A DNA stretch of 42,577 nt from a virus (taxonomy: Duplodnaviria > Heunggongvirae > Uroviricota > Caudoviricetes). The stretch is from positions 80,351 to 122,927 of IMG/VR virus record IMGVR_UViG_3300002026_000032; one strand, 5' to 3'. The position numbers and the translations under genes are program-made. The stretch's first letter is position 1. Every line of letters starts with the position of its first letter. The notes under the pieces were generated by a model that worked only from the letters and a program-made list of their open reading frames with translations, ran no database searches and was not told the origin of the DNA. Positions 1 through 10,600 of the stretch are shown piece after piece.

Positions 1-280
1 GTGTGAGAGATTTCCTCTTCATCATCCATGTTATTTGTGAAACCATCATATCAAATAAATTCTTAATCGATTTTCTGGTGGTGATGTCATTGGTTGACAT
101 GATCTTTTTATGGATCGTTGGATATTTCTTTTTAATAACAATGAACACCTTTGCCAATTCAGCAACCATATCCAGAAATACTTTATCAGTGCCTTTGAAT
201 AGTGTACTATCCAATAGTAAGGATAGTTCAGCGAATTCTGCGGCACTAAATATTGTTAACTTCGGATCCACCGGTTGCAT
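1..280 (-). CDS. Hypothetical protein, runs off the left edge (3'-truncated)
   Basis: Manual translation from ATG at 280 gives MQPVDPKLTIFSAAEFAELSLLLD... open to base 1. Same strand as all other genes, but the RBS is weak. Confidence 0.35.
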   Translation of the reverse strand, partial: MQPVDPKLTIFSAAEFAELSLLLDSTLFKGTDKVFLDMVAELAKVFIVIKKKYPTIHKKIMSTNDITTRKSIKNLFDMMVSQITWMMKRKSLT

Positions 281-416
281 CCTTAACTGTGGCTAAGGGT
301 TCTATGTAAATCTGATAAATTCCATTATTTTGATGCCAAGGAAGGAGGCGAGCCACACCCGACTTCGCCTTCTTCTTTGTGTTTGGTATACCTAAATTTG
401 GTATAGCATCTGACAT
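246..416 (-). CDS. Small hypothetical protein (56 aa), not in the ORF track
   Basis: ATG overlaps the upstream TAA (TAATG coupling at 414-418). Translation MSDAIPNLGIPNTKKKAKSGVARLLPW...EVNNI*. Confidence 0.4.
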   Translation of the reverse strand: MSDAIPNLGIPNTKKKAKSGVARLLPWHQNNGIYQIYIEPLATVKDATGGSEVNNI

Positions 417-937
417 TATTTTCTCCGGAAGACTATATCTAATGACAATTCATCAAACGAGACTTCTTCATTCGGGCTATTTGGATCAACGAAGTCATAA
501 GCATTTCGAACTTCAACATCTTTGATGATCTCCCGTATGATCAGATTATTGATTGATGGGGCAAATGTAAGCTCAACTTGCTTATCGATATCACCAGTTT
601 CACCAAGGTTTGATCCAACGAAATCGCGATCAGCAATCAGCACAAATTCACTTGGGTGTTTGTTGAATACAAATTCTTTAAACACTTCAGCAAATGATGC
701 GACAACTGATTCAACATGCTCAGGTAGAACGGAAAACCACCCATTCATGTCATTGGTGCCGAATCGACATCTCCATTGGAATCCGTCTTCGGCGCGATTT
801 TCCATGACGAATTTATACCCATGGATTGTGAATCGACGATGAAATTGAGTACTGTCCATCGGATTCATACCTTCCCAATATTCGGTATCATCGTACGTCT
901 GAACCAGACTGTCTAGCAATTTAGTCTTGATACTCAT
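416..937 (-). CDS. Hypothetical protein (173 aa)
   Basis: Intact ORF overlapping both neighbours; no family recognised. Confidence 0.75.
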   Translation of the reverse strand: MSIKTKLLDSLVQTYDDTEYWEGMNPMDSTQFHRRFTIHGYKFVMENRAEDGFQWRCRFGTNDMNGWFSVLPEHVESVVASFAEVFKEFVFNKHPSEFVLIADRDFVGSNLGETGDIDKQVELTFAPSINNLIIREIIKDVEVRNAYDFVDPNSPNEEVSFDELSLDIVFRRK

Positions 938-1500
938 TTATCTTCTCCTACATACAAATTATCTTTATAATCATACATGTTCAGTATGAACTTTTTATCT
1001 TTCCCATATGAATAGAACTCTTTAAGTTCTTCTTCATCGAATTCAATTGGTGCACTCAACCACTCACCATCATCACCATCTTCGTCGATGATACAATATT
1101 TCATAACCGCTTGCATTGGGATGTTGTGAACCTGGGATATCCCATACTCCTCATCGAGATCGATCGCTATAAGTGGATTGTTGGTCCCGATTGATAAGTC
1201 AGACCTTTTTAATCCATCAATACCATCTGAGTTCTTGAATGCGACATACAATGACAGGTATGGTACCATATCAATTGCTTCACTACCATCACCAGTGATA
1301 TTATCACCAAGTTCATCCCGATCATGTTTATATCGATGCTTGATATACTCATATCGCTTCCGTTCTTGTGGGTCAAGTGATTTGATCTTCACCAAATTCT
1401 TTTTACCTGAACTTGTTGTGTGCCAAACACGATGATCCAACCAACTCTTTTCAGCTTCGGTTAAAATATATTTTTCATGATATAACTGTTTGACATTCAC
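934..1500 (-). CDS. Hypothetical protein (188 aa), possible prohead-protease substrate
   Basis: GTG start with GGAG 8 nt upstream; N-terminal ILTE-A motif. Confidence 0.78.
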   Translation of the reverse strand: MNVKQLYHEKYILTEAEKSWLDHRVWHTTSSGKKNLVKIKSLDPQERKRYEYIKHRYKHDRDELGDNITGDGSEAIDMVPYLSLYVAFKNSDGIDGLKRSDLSIGTNNPLIAIDLDEEYGISQVHNIPMQAVMKYCIIDEDGDDGEWLSAPIEFDEEELKEFYSYGKDKKFILNMYDYKDNLYVGEDK

Positions 1501-1517
1501 AGAAAAAACTCCGATCG

Positions 1518-1540
1518 AAAAAAGGGGGCTAAATGCCCCG
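1518..1540 (-). terminator. Intrinsic terminator-like hairpin
   Basis: Minus strand GGGGC-ATTTA-GCCCC followed by CTTTTTT, downstream of the 1563 gene stop. Confidence 0.6.
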
Positions 1541-1550
1541 ATACTAACAA

Positions 1551-1558
1551 GATTTATA
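1551..1558 (-). promoter_or_regulatory. T4-like late promoter variant (TATAAATC)
   Basis: Intergenic 7/8 match to TATAAATA, but it lies just upstream of a terminator-like hairpin. Confidence 0.35.
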
Positions 1559-1562
1559 GAGC

Positions 1563-2900
1563 TTACTTCTTTTTGTCTTCATCATCTTCAGCTTTGGTTG
1601 GTTCTTCGAGGTTTCCTGACATGATGACATCTGCATCAGGAAGCTCATTAGCCATTCCTGGTGCCGCAGTATCTGTAGGTAGACCAAGATCAACTTCACC
1701 TTCACCATTATCAGCAACATCAAGTTCGTTTGATGGTTCCTGATCTTCAGCTGCGTCATCGGACTGATCTTCAGTTGCTGGCGCCCCTATGGTGGTGTCA
1801 AGTTCAGTCCCTTTGATTCTTTCAACAAATTTCTGGGATGCCTTGACCACTTCAGCACCATCACCAGTTTTAAGGCGATCACCTTTAGTGGCCAGAAGTT
1901 TATTGGCCATAGACATTGCCATTAGGTTTATACCGGCTCTCTCAGACCCAACATCAGTCACATCATCTTCAGTTTTTGCATCACCAAGAAGCTCCTCAAC
2001 AAATGCATTAACGACATCTCGATATGCAGTTTCTGCATTACCAGTGAGTTCACGGAACTTATGATTTACCACTTCATACACCTCAGATGGTGATTTGTTT
2101 GTTGACTGAAATAAATCAACAGACACATCACCAAGTTTTTCAAGTGCGTCATCCGGCATACTTGTCATCGAATTGATCATATCAACTGCGGTGAGCTTTT
2201 CACCTTCATCTTCCACTTCAGTTTCTTCTGGCTCATCACCTTCAGTCAATACTTTATCATTGAGAAGTTTTCGACCTGTTACAAATTGTGTAGCTCGGTC
2301 TTTAATTGGAGTCAGTGCACTAATATCTTTAGAATCAGCACCAACACGACTTTCGTCATCATGTTCTTCATGTTCATATTCGTCGTCATGATGACGGTCA
2401 AACATTGAATCAGCATCAATCGATGGTTTACCATCTGCATAATATTTCCCACGGATATGATTCATTGCTGAATGGGGATCCATTACTTCACCGTCGATGA
2501 TCACGGTGATTTTTGCACCGGGAGTCAATGATGTCTTCTGTGATAGATTTCTCAATGTGTCAATTTCGGCATCCCTCTGTAGATCAAACATTCTTGGCTC
2601 TAAGCCAGTCAATGATGATTGGAATTTATCACCGCGGCGATCAACCGAAGCAACAGTCAATCCTTTGATGACATCGCGAATGTAATCCATATTTTCATTC
2701 ATGAACTTACGGGTAACACCATGGATTGCGGTGTTGCCAGTCAATACAAGCTCAATCTCATTCTGAGCAATTGACTCAGTCATTAATGATGATTGAGACC
2801 GAACATGTGATACGATGCGTGCCGCAGCTTCAGTAAGTTTATTACTGAACTCATACACACTATCACTACAATTTACTAATGTTGAGAACTTAGTTTTCAC
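1563..2900 (-). CDS. Acidic hypothetical protein (445 aa), probable internal head/core protein
   Basis: Start moved to GTG at 2900, which overlaps the regA end, instead of 2969. Carries LTE-A, MTE-S and LTE-G motifs and a D/E-rich low-complexity C-terminal half. Confidence 0.82.
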   Translation of the reverse strand: MKTKFSTLVNCSDSVYEFSNKLTEAAARIVSHVRSQSSLMTESIAQNEIELVLTGNTAIHGVTRKFMNENMDYIRDVIKGLTVASVDRRGDKFQSSLTGLEPRMFDLQRDAEIDTLRNLSQKTSLTPGAKITVIIDGEVMDPHSAMNHIRGKYYADGKPSIDADSMFDRHHDDEYEHEEHDDESRVGADSKDISALTPIKDRATQFVTGRKLLNDKVLTEGDEPEETEVEDEGEKLTAVDMINSMTSMPDDALEKLGDVSVDLFQSTNKSPSEVYEVVNHKFRELTGNAETAYRDVVNAFVEELLGDAKTEDDVTDVGSERAGINLMAMSMANKLLATKGDRLKTGDGAEVVKASQKFVERIKGTELDTTIGAPATEDQSDDAAEDQEPSNELDVADNGEGEVDLGLPTDTAAPGMANELPDADVIMSGNLEEPTKAEDDEDKKK

Positions 2901-3294
2901 TATTCCGCCCCTCTTTCCATATTTTAAATTCGAGCATATTAAATTTATGTGACACAGTCCATCCTTCATTGACCATTCTGTCGCGTTTCAGGACAAACAC
3001 GAAGTTTGATAAGCTGGATAATTCTGATATGATGCTATCGATTATTCCCCATTGAACCAAACAATGAGCAACTGAGTTTACCCGACCAATATCTTCATTA
3101 CTTAGTTCACCATCTCTACCACGAGTCAGTTTAAATAACTCTTTGAAATGGGCTATAAAATATCTACCATCATACTCTATGATGTATGCGGTTGGATATA
3201 TTATCTTTTGTTCTCTATTCGCAACACCAATCCGCTTCAGAGTCTCAATTGTCGTACTCATTGGATATTGGGTGTTTAATTTAATCTCAATCAT
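2890..3294 (-). CDS. regA: RegA-like translational repressor
   Basis: MIEIKL...ETLKRIGVAN...YFIAHFKELF...ED..R.NSVA..L.QWGII matches T4 RegA (MIEITL...ETLTRMGIAN...YYIVHFKEML...ED..RRDSIAWLLEDWGLI). Confidence 0.9.
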   Translation of the reverse strand: MIEIKLNTQYPMSTTIETLKRIGVANREQKIIYPTAYIIEYDGRYFIAHFKELFKLTRGRDGELSNEDIGRVNSVAHCLVQWGIIDSIISELSSLSNFVFVLKRDRMVNEGWTVSHKFNMLEFKIWKEGRNSEN

Positions 3295-3296
3295 CA

Positions 3297-3815
3297 CTAC
3301 TCCGTATGTGAACTTTTTACTTTGAGAATCATATCCTCATAGGCAAATGTTGCAGCAAATGACACTTCAGATGACTTCCCATACTCAAGTGGAACTCTAG
3401 CCACATTTGTTATTAGTAGGTCTAAGAACTGAAGTTCAACGGTTGGTCTGGATTGATTGTCCAAGATCTCCACAGCAAGTTCAGCAATCTTTAGATCTTT
3501 GGCGTCGAGTTCAAACTTACCTCGGCGAATATTTGCAACCCATCTGTACAAAGCATACCAGTTCTGTAAGTATTCATTCATCTTAAATGTTACCGTTAAT
3601 GGTGACAACCCTGTATTATCCTGCATTGAATATGGTTCATATTCTGTATGCCCACCGAACCGGATTGTCCCATTCGGTAGGTTGATATCAGGCAAATCAA
3701 TATTTGCAACAAACTTTGTCAATAGATCGGTTGCGTTGGTATCCATAAATGGGATATTGGATATCCTAAGTCTCCACCGATCTGAATGAAATGTATTAAG
3801 GCTGAACTTATCCAT
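3297..3815 (-). CDS. gp3: Tail tube terminator / sheath stabiliser, T4 gp3-like
   Basis: Tube-fold pattern LPDINLP...LTVTFKMNEYLQNWYALYRW...ILDNQ...SFAATFAY, resembling gp3 (IPGIRIP...LIVRFIVDEELKSWIGMYEW...ILDNS). Confidence 0.75.
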   Translation of the reverse strand: MDKFSLNTFHSDRWRLRISNIPFMDTNATDLLTKFVANIDLPDINLPNGTIRFGGHTEYEPYSMQDNTGLSPLTVTFKMNEYLQNWYALYRWVANIRRGKFELDAKDLKIAELAVEILDNQSRPTVELQFLDLLITNVARVPLEYGKSSEVSFAATFAYEDMILKVKSSHTE

Positions 3816-4305
3816 TTGCGATTATCTCAAGTATTTCGTCTTCGGTTTCTTTAAACACTTTATTGAATAATGTCGAATCATGCATATCATCCGGTATAAC
3901 CGTAAATGATATTTGGGTCAATTCAACTTCTATGGTTTGATTCATGAACTTATTTAAAGCCTTTCGGCTGGTCATAATAGATTCATAAACATCTTTATAC
4001 TGTTCATTGAAAGCATCCTTAATCCCACCATTAGTTTGATATGTGACACCATTTGATGGGATCCATTCACCTTTTAATAGCAGATCATGTGCTTTATAAT
4101 ATTCATCAGCACCATCAACTGTGGATTCCTGACTGATATGATCATTGAGTGTTATGACATCATCTCGCAACTTATTCATAGTTGAATCGATATAAAAGCT
4201 AAACATCCGGTTACTAGTGATAGCACCAGATGTGATAGCCTGTTTACATTCTGCAATACCATTTGCAAAATTCAGGAACTCCTTGTGTGTCATTTCAATT
4301 TTCAT
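3808..4305 (-). CDS. Hypothetical helical protein (165 aa) following the tail fibre; possible fibre chaperone
   Basis: Intact ORF with GGAGG RBS and an upstream late promoter; function inferred from position only. Confidence 0.72.
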   Translation of the reverse strand: MKIEMTHKEFLNFANGIAECKQAITSGAITSNRMFSFYIDSTMNKLRDDVITLNDHISQESTVDGADEYYKAHDLLLKGEWIPSNGVTYQTNGGIKDAFNEQYKDVYESIMTSRKALNKFMNQTIEVELTQISFTVIPDDMHDSTLFNKVFKETEDEILEIIANG

Positions 4306-4337
4306 AAACCCTCCAAAAATAATTTAAACTTCACTAT

Positions 4338-4345
4338 CATTTATA
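4338..4345 (-). promoter_or_regulatory. T4-like late promoter (TATAAATG)
   Basis: Intergenic, right after the fibre stop and about 30 nt before the next start. Confidence 0.55.
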
Positions 4346-4354
4346 GACAGAATT

Positions 4355-7300
4355 TCATTGACGGTAACATATTATACCGGTATGCATTGTCCCACCAACT
4401 TTAGTGTTAGGAATACTACTTACTATATTTGCCTCAGTTGCAGCTGGTTCATCATCAACTACAGTATAAATAAATGGATCCGTAAATACAGGTTTTAATG
4501 GTGTATATACAAGAAAATCTTTAACTGAATTAGCTCCGATATAAACCGGAATCCTTATACATTTCTGCACACCAGTAATACTTGGTGTATCATCCAATAC
4601 ATCACCAAAATTGATAATTGGAAATGTATATTTATGTTCCATAAATCCATATGATGAGCAACATGATACCAATTCAATACCATTCATAAACTTGACATGA
4701 TTAAAATCAAGATCATTATCATACACTATATAAATCTCCTCAAGAAGATATGATACAATGTTTGATGATGCCAGGGCTTTTGTTATATTCAATACCATTT
4801 CTACAAATGGTTTAGTGAATTTTATAAGAGCCGTCCCAATGGTGTGATATTCAGTTATTGCTGGCCCGGATTGTGGTGTTATCGTGAATTTACCAATTAT
4901 CGAATTGGTGTCATTTGATGTATCTGTATATCCGATCAAGTCAACTTTCATATCATTTACAGATAACACAGATCTATCCCCAATCAAACCAAACACACCA
5001 TAATTATTACCATTTCCACCAGTCACAAAATGTGATATAGCATGTGATGCTATTGCATAACTATGATCAAATCTATTACTAACCGAACCGATATTAATAT
5101 CTTGTCCATCTATCAATGCAATATCAAATCCTTCAGGATTTTTCAAATCAGTGTGTGATGCATTCCCTGGTAGGAGTGTGTTATGGACCAGTATTGATCC
5201 AACACCATTTGAGTTAATCCCACCATAGAGATCATGAACATACACAGCTCTAATCCCCCTACCCGGAGCACCAATCTGTGATCGATATGATGCCGATGGT
5301 ATTAGGTCTGTATCAAGAGTTGTGTATAAGAAATCAAACTCAGTTGTATTTACTGGTAGCGTACTCGGTATCCCTACTGGTTGAGTCGACCATTTATAAG
5401 TTCCGGTTGTGTATGTTGTTTCTCGTCTCGTCTGAGTGTCTTCATTCAGCATATACCCCAAAAATGCAGTATTGGTCTTTTGTGTATATGTCTCATTAAA
5501 TGGTGAATACTCACGACCAATTGATTGTGCAAATGCAGCTGATGGTACTATGGATGTACCAATGGTTAAATATGAGCCTTGTGATGGTTTTCCGGAAAAT
5601 TTCCCAATACCACCAACAACCTCAGAAACAACAACACCAAGTCTGGAATACCCATAAATACTTTTTGTGTGTAATTGAGTCCATGGATTCACAGAATTCC
5701 CTAAATTCTTTGCACTAGTATACCCCGTGTAATCAAATCCACTATCTTCAACAGAACCATCACCATTCAATATATTAATCGCATTAAGTTCTGTTGATGT
5801 CCCCGGTATTAAATCACCAAACATATAAATTGGTGTTGACACCCCAGAAGTATTCTTTGAAAATAAAGCATGAACAAATGCCGCTTTAATTGGCTGAGTG
5901 CCTGTACCGAATTGTATACCAACCTGTTTGTAATCATCAGTTGATCTTTGTCGGCTGACTTGGGAATCAACATACTTAATTACATTTTGAAATCCTTCTA
6001 ATTTTTCAACAACCAAGTTGCTGATCCAACTTGAGTTTGTGTATTGGAAATCAGAATTTAATGTACCAACATATATCGATCTGATTTTGGCGACCTGTGT
6101 TCCAATATCATATTGTTCATTTGTTGATGGGGTTAATGATGCAGACAGCATAACATCACCATTGGGGTTCCCATCAAACACATACCCACCCAAATAACCG
6201 GTATTCAATGATTTGGTGTATGATGTTCTAAATCTCTCTCTGCGGGATCCTAAATCGATTGTTGTTGATGGTGCTGTACCTTCATCGACACCAGCAGCCG
6301 TACCAATTTGATTAAATGTCAGAGGAATTATACTTTTGTTGAAAACGAACCGCCCTGCTATATCTGGGTCACAGAAGAACTCATAATCATTTGCTGCGTT
6401 TATTGTCTGCCAATACTTAATCACATCATTTGGATTGGTATCATCAATTCTCGATGCACACCCGATGATATCAGTTCTGGCCCCATAATCATAACCATAT
6501 TGTTCGGCCACCGAATTTACCAATGTAAACCATTCATCATAATGAGTGTCATCAGATACTCCAGTTAGCCCAACAACTGAGACATGATGCTGTGCTAATG
6601 TAACTCCACCCTCAGGACTTGCATTATCAGTACCAATAAATATCCGCTGATATGCATGCAAAGAATCCATGGATCCATCATCGTTTGCACCGGTTGTGTA
6701 TGACCAAAATGCAAACTCATTCCCATAAAATTTAGCAGTGTTAGTTACACCATCAATGTCATTTGCTTGGAAGTCAATCACAATATCGATGATGATTTCA
6801 TTGTTTGATGCTCCAGTTGATTCGTATTCAATTGGATTGATCATGTAGACCGATCCAACATAGTATACCCGACCGTCATCACTGGTAGCAAACATCGCGA
6901 TTTTGTTGAATTTGAATGATCCTAACTGTTCGACAGCTGATATTGCACAGGTGAATACACCGACCGTTCGGTAATCTGGAGTTGAGTTATCACTGATATT
7001 GATATTTGCAGTTCGGTAATTCACATTACTAAGCAAAACTTGTTCAGCGCTGACATAGACCTTATTTGAATTCGGCTCGAAAATGCTCGATAGTTGTGCT
7101 GCGTATGAAGTATGTGGTGTGATTGTATTGAATGTGGCGCCTGATATTGATGTCAATGGATATGATCCTATGTCGCCGGAATAATCGGTATTTATGACAG
7201 TTGTTGACATGAGCTGAGATAGTTCAGTTGTTGTCTTAAATGAAGCGACCAACGGAAGATCGCCCAATAAATTCACTCTGACATCAGGCCGTTGATATGA

Positions 7301-7675
7301 TTCAGTCATACCAGTTGTTAAAATGTCATTGATGATTACACCATCAGCATCAGTTGATATGCGATATTGCATATTTGGGATTCTGATGATGTACTGCCCG
7401 GCTGGTGCATTCAACGCTGTCTCGGCTTGTATATCCAGCAAATTGTCTATGGAATCCATACCAAGTCTACGACCATTATACTGCCGCTCAAAACCGGTAG
7501 TATTATTATACTTGGTCTCATTACCACCAGTGAATGTTAAATCACGAGCATTCTTATCAATCAGCAAGTCATATATAGGCATGAAGTGTGTAATCTTAAC
7601 CTTCGGACCACTAACTGCGTTATTAAATACTTGTGACGCATTATCTGTTAAATATACATATGACTTGTAACTCAT
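4355..7675 (-). CDS. Tail fibre protein (1106 aa) with a P2 gpH/DUF3751-like baseplate-binding N-terminus
   Basis: N-terminal YVYLTD...KVKITHF and FKFNKIAMFATSDDG...NPIEY resemble collar-fibre N-termini. About seven [LI][IVTL]P...[DNSQ][LIF]G repeats. Directly follows the wedge genes. Confidence 0.72.
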   Translation of the reverse strand: MSYKSYVYLTDNASQVFNNAVSGPKVKITHFMPIYDLLIDKNARDLTFTGGNETKYNNTTGFERQYNGRRLGMDSIDNLLDIQAETALNAPAGQYIIRIPNMQYRISTDADGVIINDILTTGMTESYQRPDVRVNLLGDLPLVASFKTTTELSQLMSTTVINTDYSGDIGSYPLTSISGATFNTITPHTSYAAQLSSIFEPNSNKVYVSAEQVLLSNVNYRTANINISDNSTPDYRTVGVFTCAISAVEQLGSFKFNKIAMFATSDDGRVYYVGSVYMINPIEYESTGASNNEIIIDIVIDFQANDIDGVTNTAKFYGNEFAFWSYTTGANDDGSMDSLHAYQRIFIGTDNASPEGGVTLAQHHVSVVGLTGVSDDTHYDEWFTLVNSVAEQYGYDYGARTDIIGCASRIDDTNPNDVIKYWQTINAANDYEFFCDPDIAGRFVFNKSIIPLTFNQIGTAAGVDEGTAPSTTIDLGSRRERFRTSYTKSLNTGYLGGYVFDGNPNGDVMLSASLTPSTNEQYDIGTQVAKIRSIYVGTLNSDFQYTNSSWISNLVVEKLEGFQNVIKYVDSQVSRQRSTDDYKQVGIQFGTGTQPIKAAFVHALFSKNTSGVSTPIYMFGDLIPGTSTELNAINILNGDGSVEDSGFDYTGYTSAKNLGNSVNPWTQLHTKSIYGYSRLGVVVSEVVGGIGKFSGKPSQGSYLTIGTSIVPSAAFAQSIGREYSPFNETYTQKTNTAFLGYMLNEDTQTRRETTYTTGTYKWSTQPVGIPSTLPVNTTEFDFLYTTLDTDLIPSASYRSQIGAPGRGIRAVYVHDLYGGINSNGVGSILVHNTLLPGNASHTDLKNPEGFDIALIDGQDINIGSVSNRFDHSYAIASHAISHFVTGGNGNNYGVFGLIGDRSVLSVNDMKVDLIGYTDTSNDTNSIIGKFTITPQSGPAITEYHTIGTALIKFTKPFVEMVLNITKALASSNIVSYLLEEIYIVYDNDLDFNHVKFMNGIELVSCCSSYGFMEHKYTFPIINFGDVLDDTPSITGVQKCIRIPVYIGANSVKDFLVYTPLKPVFTDPFIYTVVDDEPAATEANIVSSIPNTKVGGTMHTGIICYRQ

Positions 7676-7696
7676 CTATTCATACCTCTCAAAATG

Positions 7697-10600
7697 TTAT
7701 GCACGGATTATCTGTCGAATAGCCACGCTGATATTCATATTTATAGCGTTGGATCCTGCCAGATTCTTCTCGTATGATACAGTTACTGCATGTAACACCA
7801 TTGTTATTGGTTTTATCGATTCAATAACTCTAACTGCTTGACTGATTCGCTTATTTATAATGTCATAATCTTCATCTTCCGCAGACCCTTCAGCACTAAC
7901 CTTGATCCCCATATGAGATGTCGGATAATAACCACTACCAATAAGCAATGGAGATAGTGCTGCATCCTCTGTGATGAAATTCTTATGGTCTTTTGTGTAA
8001 TAAGCAACCAACTCACCAACCAACCCATATGAATAGAGAAGTACAACGAATGCTTTGGGTATTGACTTGATCTTATACCAATATGGAAGTGATTTTATAA
8101 CATGACGAATGTTCATCATGATCTCTTCTTTAGATCGTATATCATCAGAATTGATCCCACCATCAGCAAATGTTGCGGCGTAATTGAATCCCATATTTAT
8201 GTTATACCCAAGATCTGATGCAAAAACTGATAAGTATTCATCATCAACTAGATATGGGTCTCTTAGATCTGATAACCGACTGATTTTCTCTATTATCGAA
8301 ATTTTATTAGTTGTTGATGGTTCATACACAAATCGACCCAACATTGAATTTGACAATTCAGTCATATCAATTTCAGACTCAATAATGCCATCATACGATT
8401 CAATCTCAGTTTCACTTGGCTCAACAGGAGTAATTGATATTGTCAGATCACCAGGATTTGTTATGGTTAATGTCTGTGCAGCCTCAATAGTTATTGGAAT
8501 TGCATCACTGGTCACAGAGATCAATGGATCAGTCACGACGCAAGTCATGTCTTTCCCATTGTCAGAGAGTACCATGACTCGACTGTAGTCAGCTGTCGTT
8601 GCCACTTCTACACCATCAAGTTGCCACGAGTATCCTACAGGATCGAGATAAGTCATATCCCCGATCAGATTGAATAGAGCAATAATCGCATCTCCTGGAG
8701 TGTAGACATCTATGACGAAGTACACTGCTTCAGGAATGTATGTCGCGAGTGAAGATTGAATCTCTTCATCGGTGGTCTCATTCCTGAAGGTGAACAGAAC
8801 AGTGCTGGATGACATAATCTCAGCAGTGATGCTATAAGTATCAACGTAGTTGAACGCATAGTTCGTCTCAAGATCAGGCCCGTCACTTCTGCTCACTAAA
8901 CAGCGAGTAGAATTGATTCTCAGAGTCGTCGAATGGTTGTAGATGGAGATCTCTTCGCCAATGAACTGGAATTCCAGACGGTATGATCTCATACCGCCAC
9001 TAGGGACTTGAATCGCTAACCCAGACGCACCACCTCCAAGAGTCTCGATCTGAATTGAGTAGTCTGTTTTTGTCAAGACTGAGTTTTGAGGCGCGAAACT
9101 GATGTCTCCAAAATTAACCGGATCAGGTCTACTAGAAGCATCAGCAGAGAAGACCACAGTGTCACCTTCTACGACGTCTACAGACAAAGGACTGACTATC
9201 ACTGAAAGATCACTCGTTACGGTGATTGGTACTAGGTCGGTAGTGAGAGATCTTCCATCAGTAAAGAACACAATACCATACAAACTCTTCCCGTTATCAC
9301 TGGCAATCAGAGTTCTTGTGTATTGGGGAGTGTATATCGTAGTAACATAATCTCCATCAAGATACCAATCAACACCGCTAAAAGTGCCGACGAAGGATAC
9401 TTCAAACAAGACAGAACCTCCTAGAATCCCGTCTACCTCTGTAGGTGTTATGGAAACAGACTGGATCTCTTGGACATTGACTGGAATCTCTTTTGTCCCT
9501 ACTATTTGATAGCCAATTGACACCATCTTCGTTGGAAAGTCAAACATCGTTCTCAGAAGACCAACACTTATCGTGGCAATTTCCTGATTGAATTGTGAAT
9601 CCACTCTCAAGTAGAGTTGACCCATCCACATCGGTACCGTATCAGTGGCAATTGGATTGGACAGATTGAATCCGTCTCCTGCATTAGTCAGATAGTATTC
9701 CAGACTACTAGTACCCGGTGATGGGAATACCACCAGAGCGTATGTATTGTTGGGAGCAATCACTCCGGTGTACATGTGAGTATACGACTGTTCATTCACG
9801 AAATAGGTAGCGATCATGTTACCATTCCAGAACTCAAACCGCACTCGACCCGGGACTGTAATACTGAAAAGAGCATTATTGTGGGTCGTAGAGATGGCAA
9901 ATCTACATTGCTTGTACGCGTCCACCTCAGCAGCCATGGTGATGTTATTGGTCATGACAATGTCATTAGCTGTAACTGTTACGTTGGAGAGATTACTGTC
10001 GTAATAGTCCCAATTAAGATCAGAGAAGTCGGTAGTCTCATAGTATGGCATATTTTTGACTGCATTGGCCGCCATAGTTCCGTAATCGTCAGGAATCATC
10101 ACGCGAGAATACGGGTTGTCAGGAGAGACATTGTTTCCGTTAAGATTCCACCACCAATAGTCTTCGACCACCGGAACGATTTTACCGTATGTCGTGACAT
10201 TAACGCCATCACCAAACCCGATGGTAGTCACATACGACCGGAAGACTTCCTTGTTGTCGTTCATGTAGAGTTGATTGAACCCACCCGCTGAGTAGTAGTT
10301 GATCTCGTTCGCATCGACAGTAGTTGCAACAACCCAGTGATCGAAGTCATTAGAGTACAACAGACTACCACCACTGTCCGCGTAGAACGTGTCATCCACC
10401 ATCTTGAATACTCTGACACTAGATGAGGTAACCGTGTAGATATCCGGTTCGAAGGTCAGTCCACTATCTAGAGAACGATATACTACCGTGTTCTCGATGT
10501 GGTGAGTAAACTGAAGATAGAACCCTGTAGAGTTGATCCAGATATGTGAATCCCACGAAGCGTAGATAGTCTCCACTTCAGACATCGACCAAGTGAGCAA

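Noticed and set aside
46-246. Minus-strand 66-aa ORF from the track
   Set aside because: Implausible composition, and it overlaps a better-looking frame (ATG 280 to the window edge).
4465-4472. Perfect TATAAATA on the plus strand
   Set aside because: It is intragenic, antisense, explained by the codons for F-I-Y, and expected by chance in AT-rich DNA.
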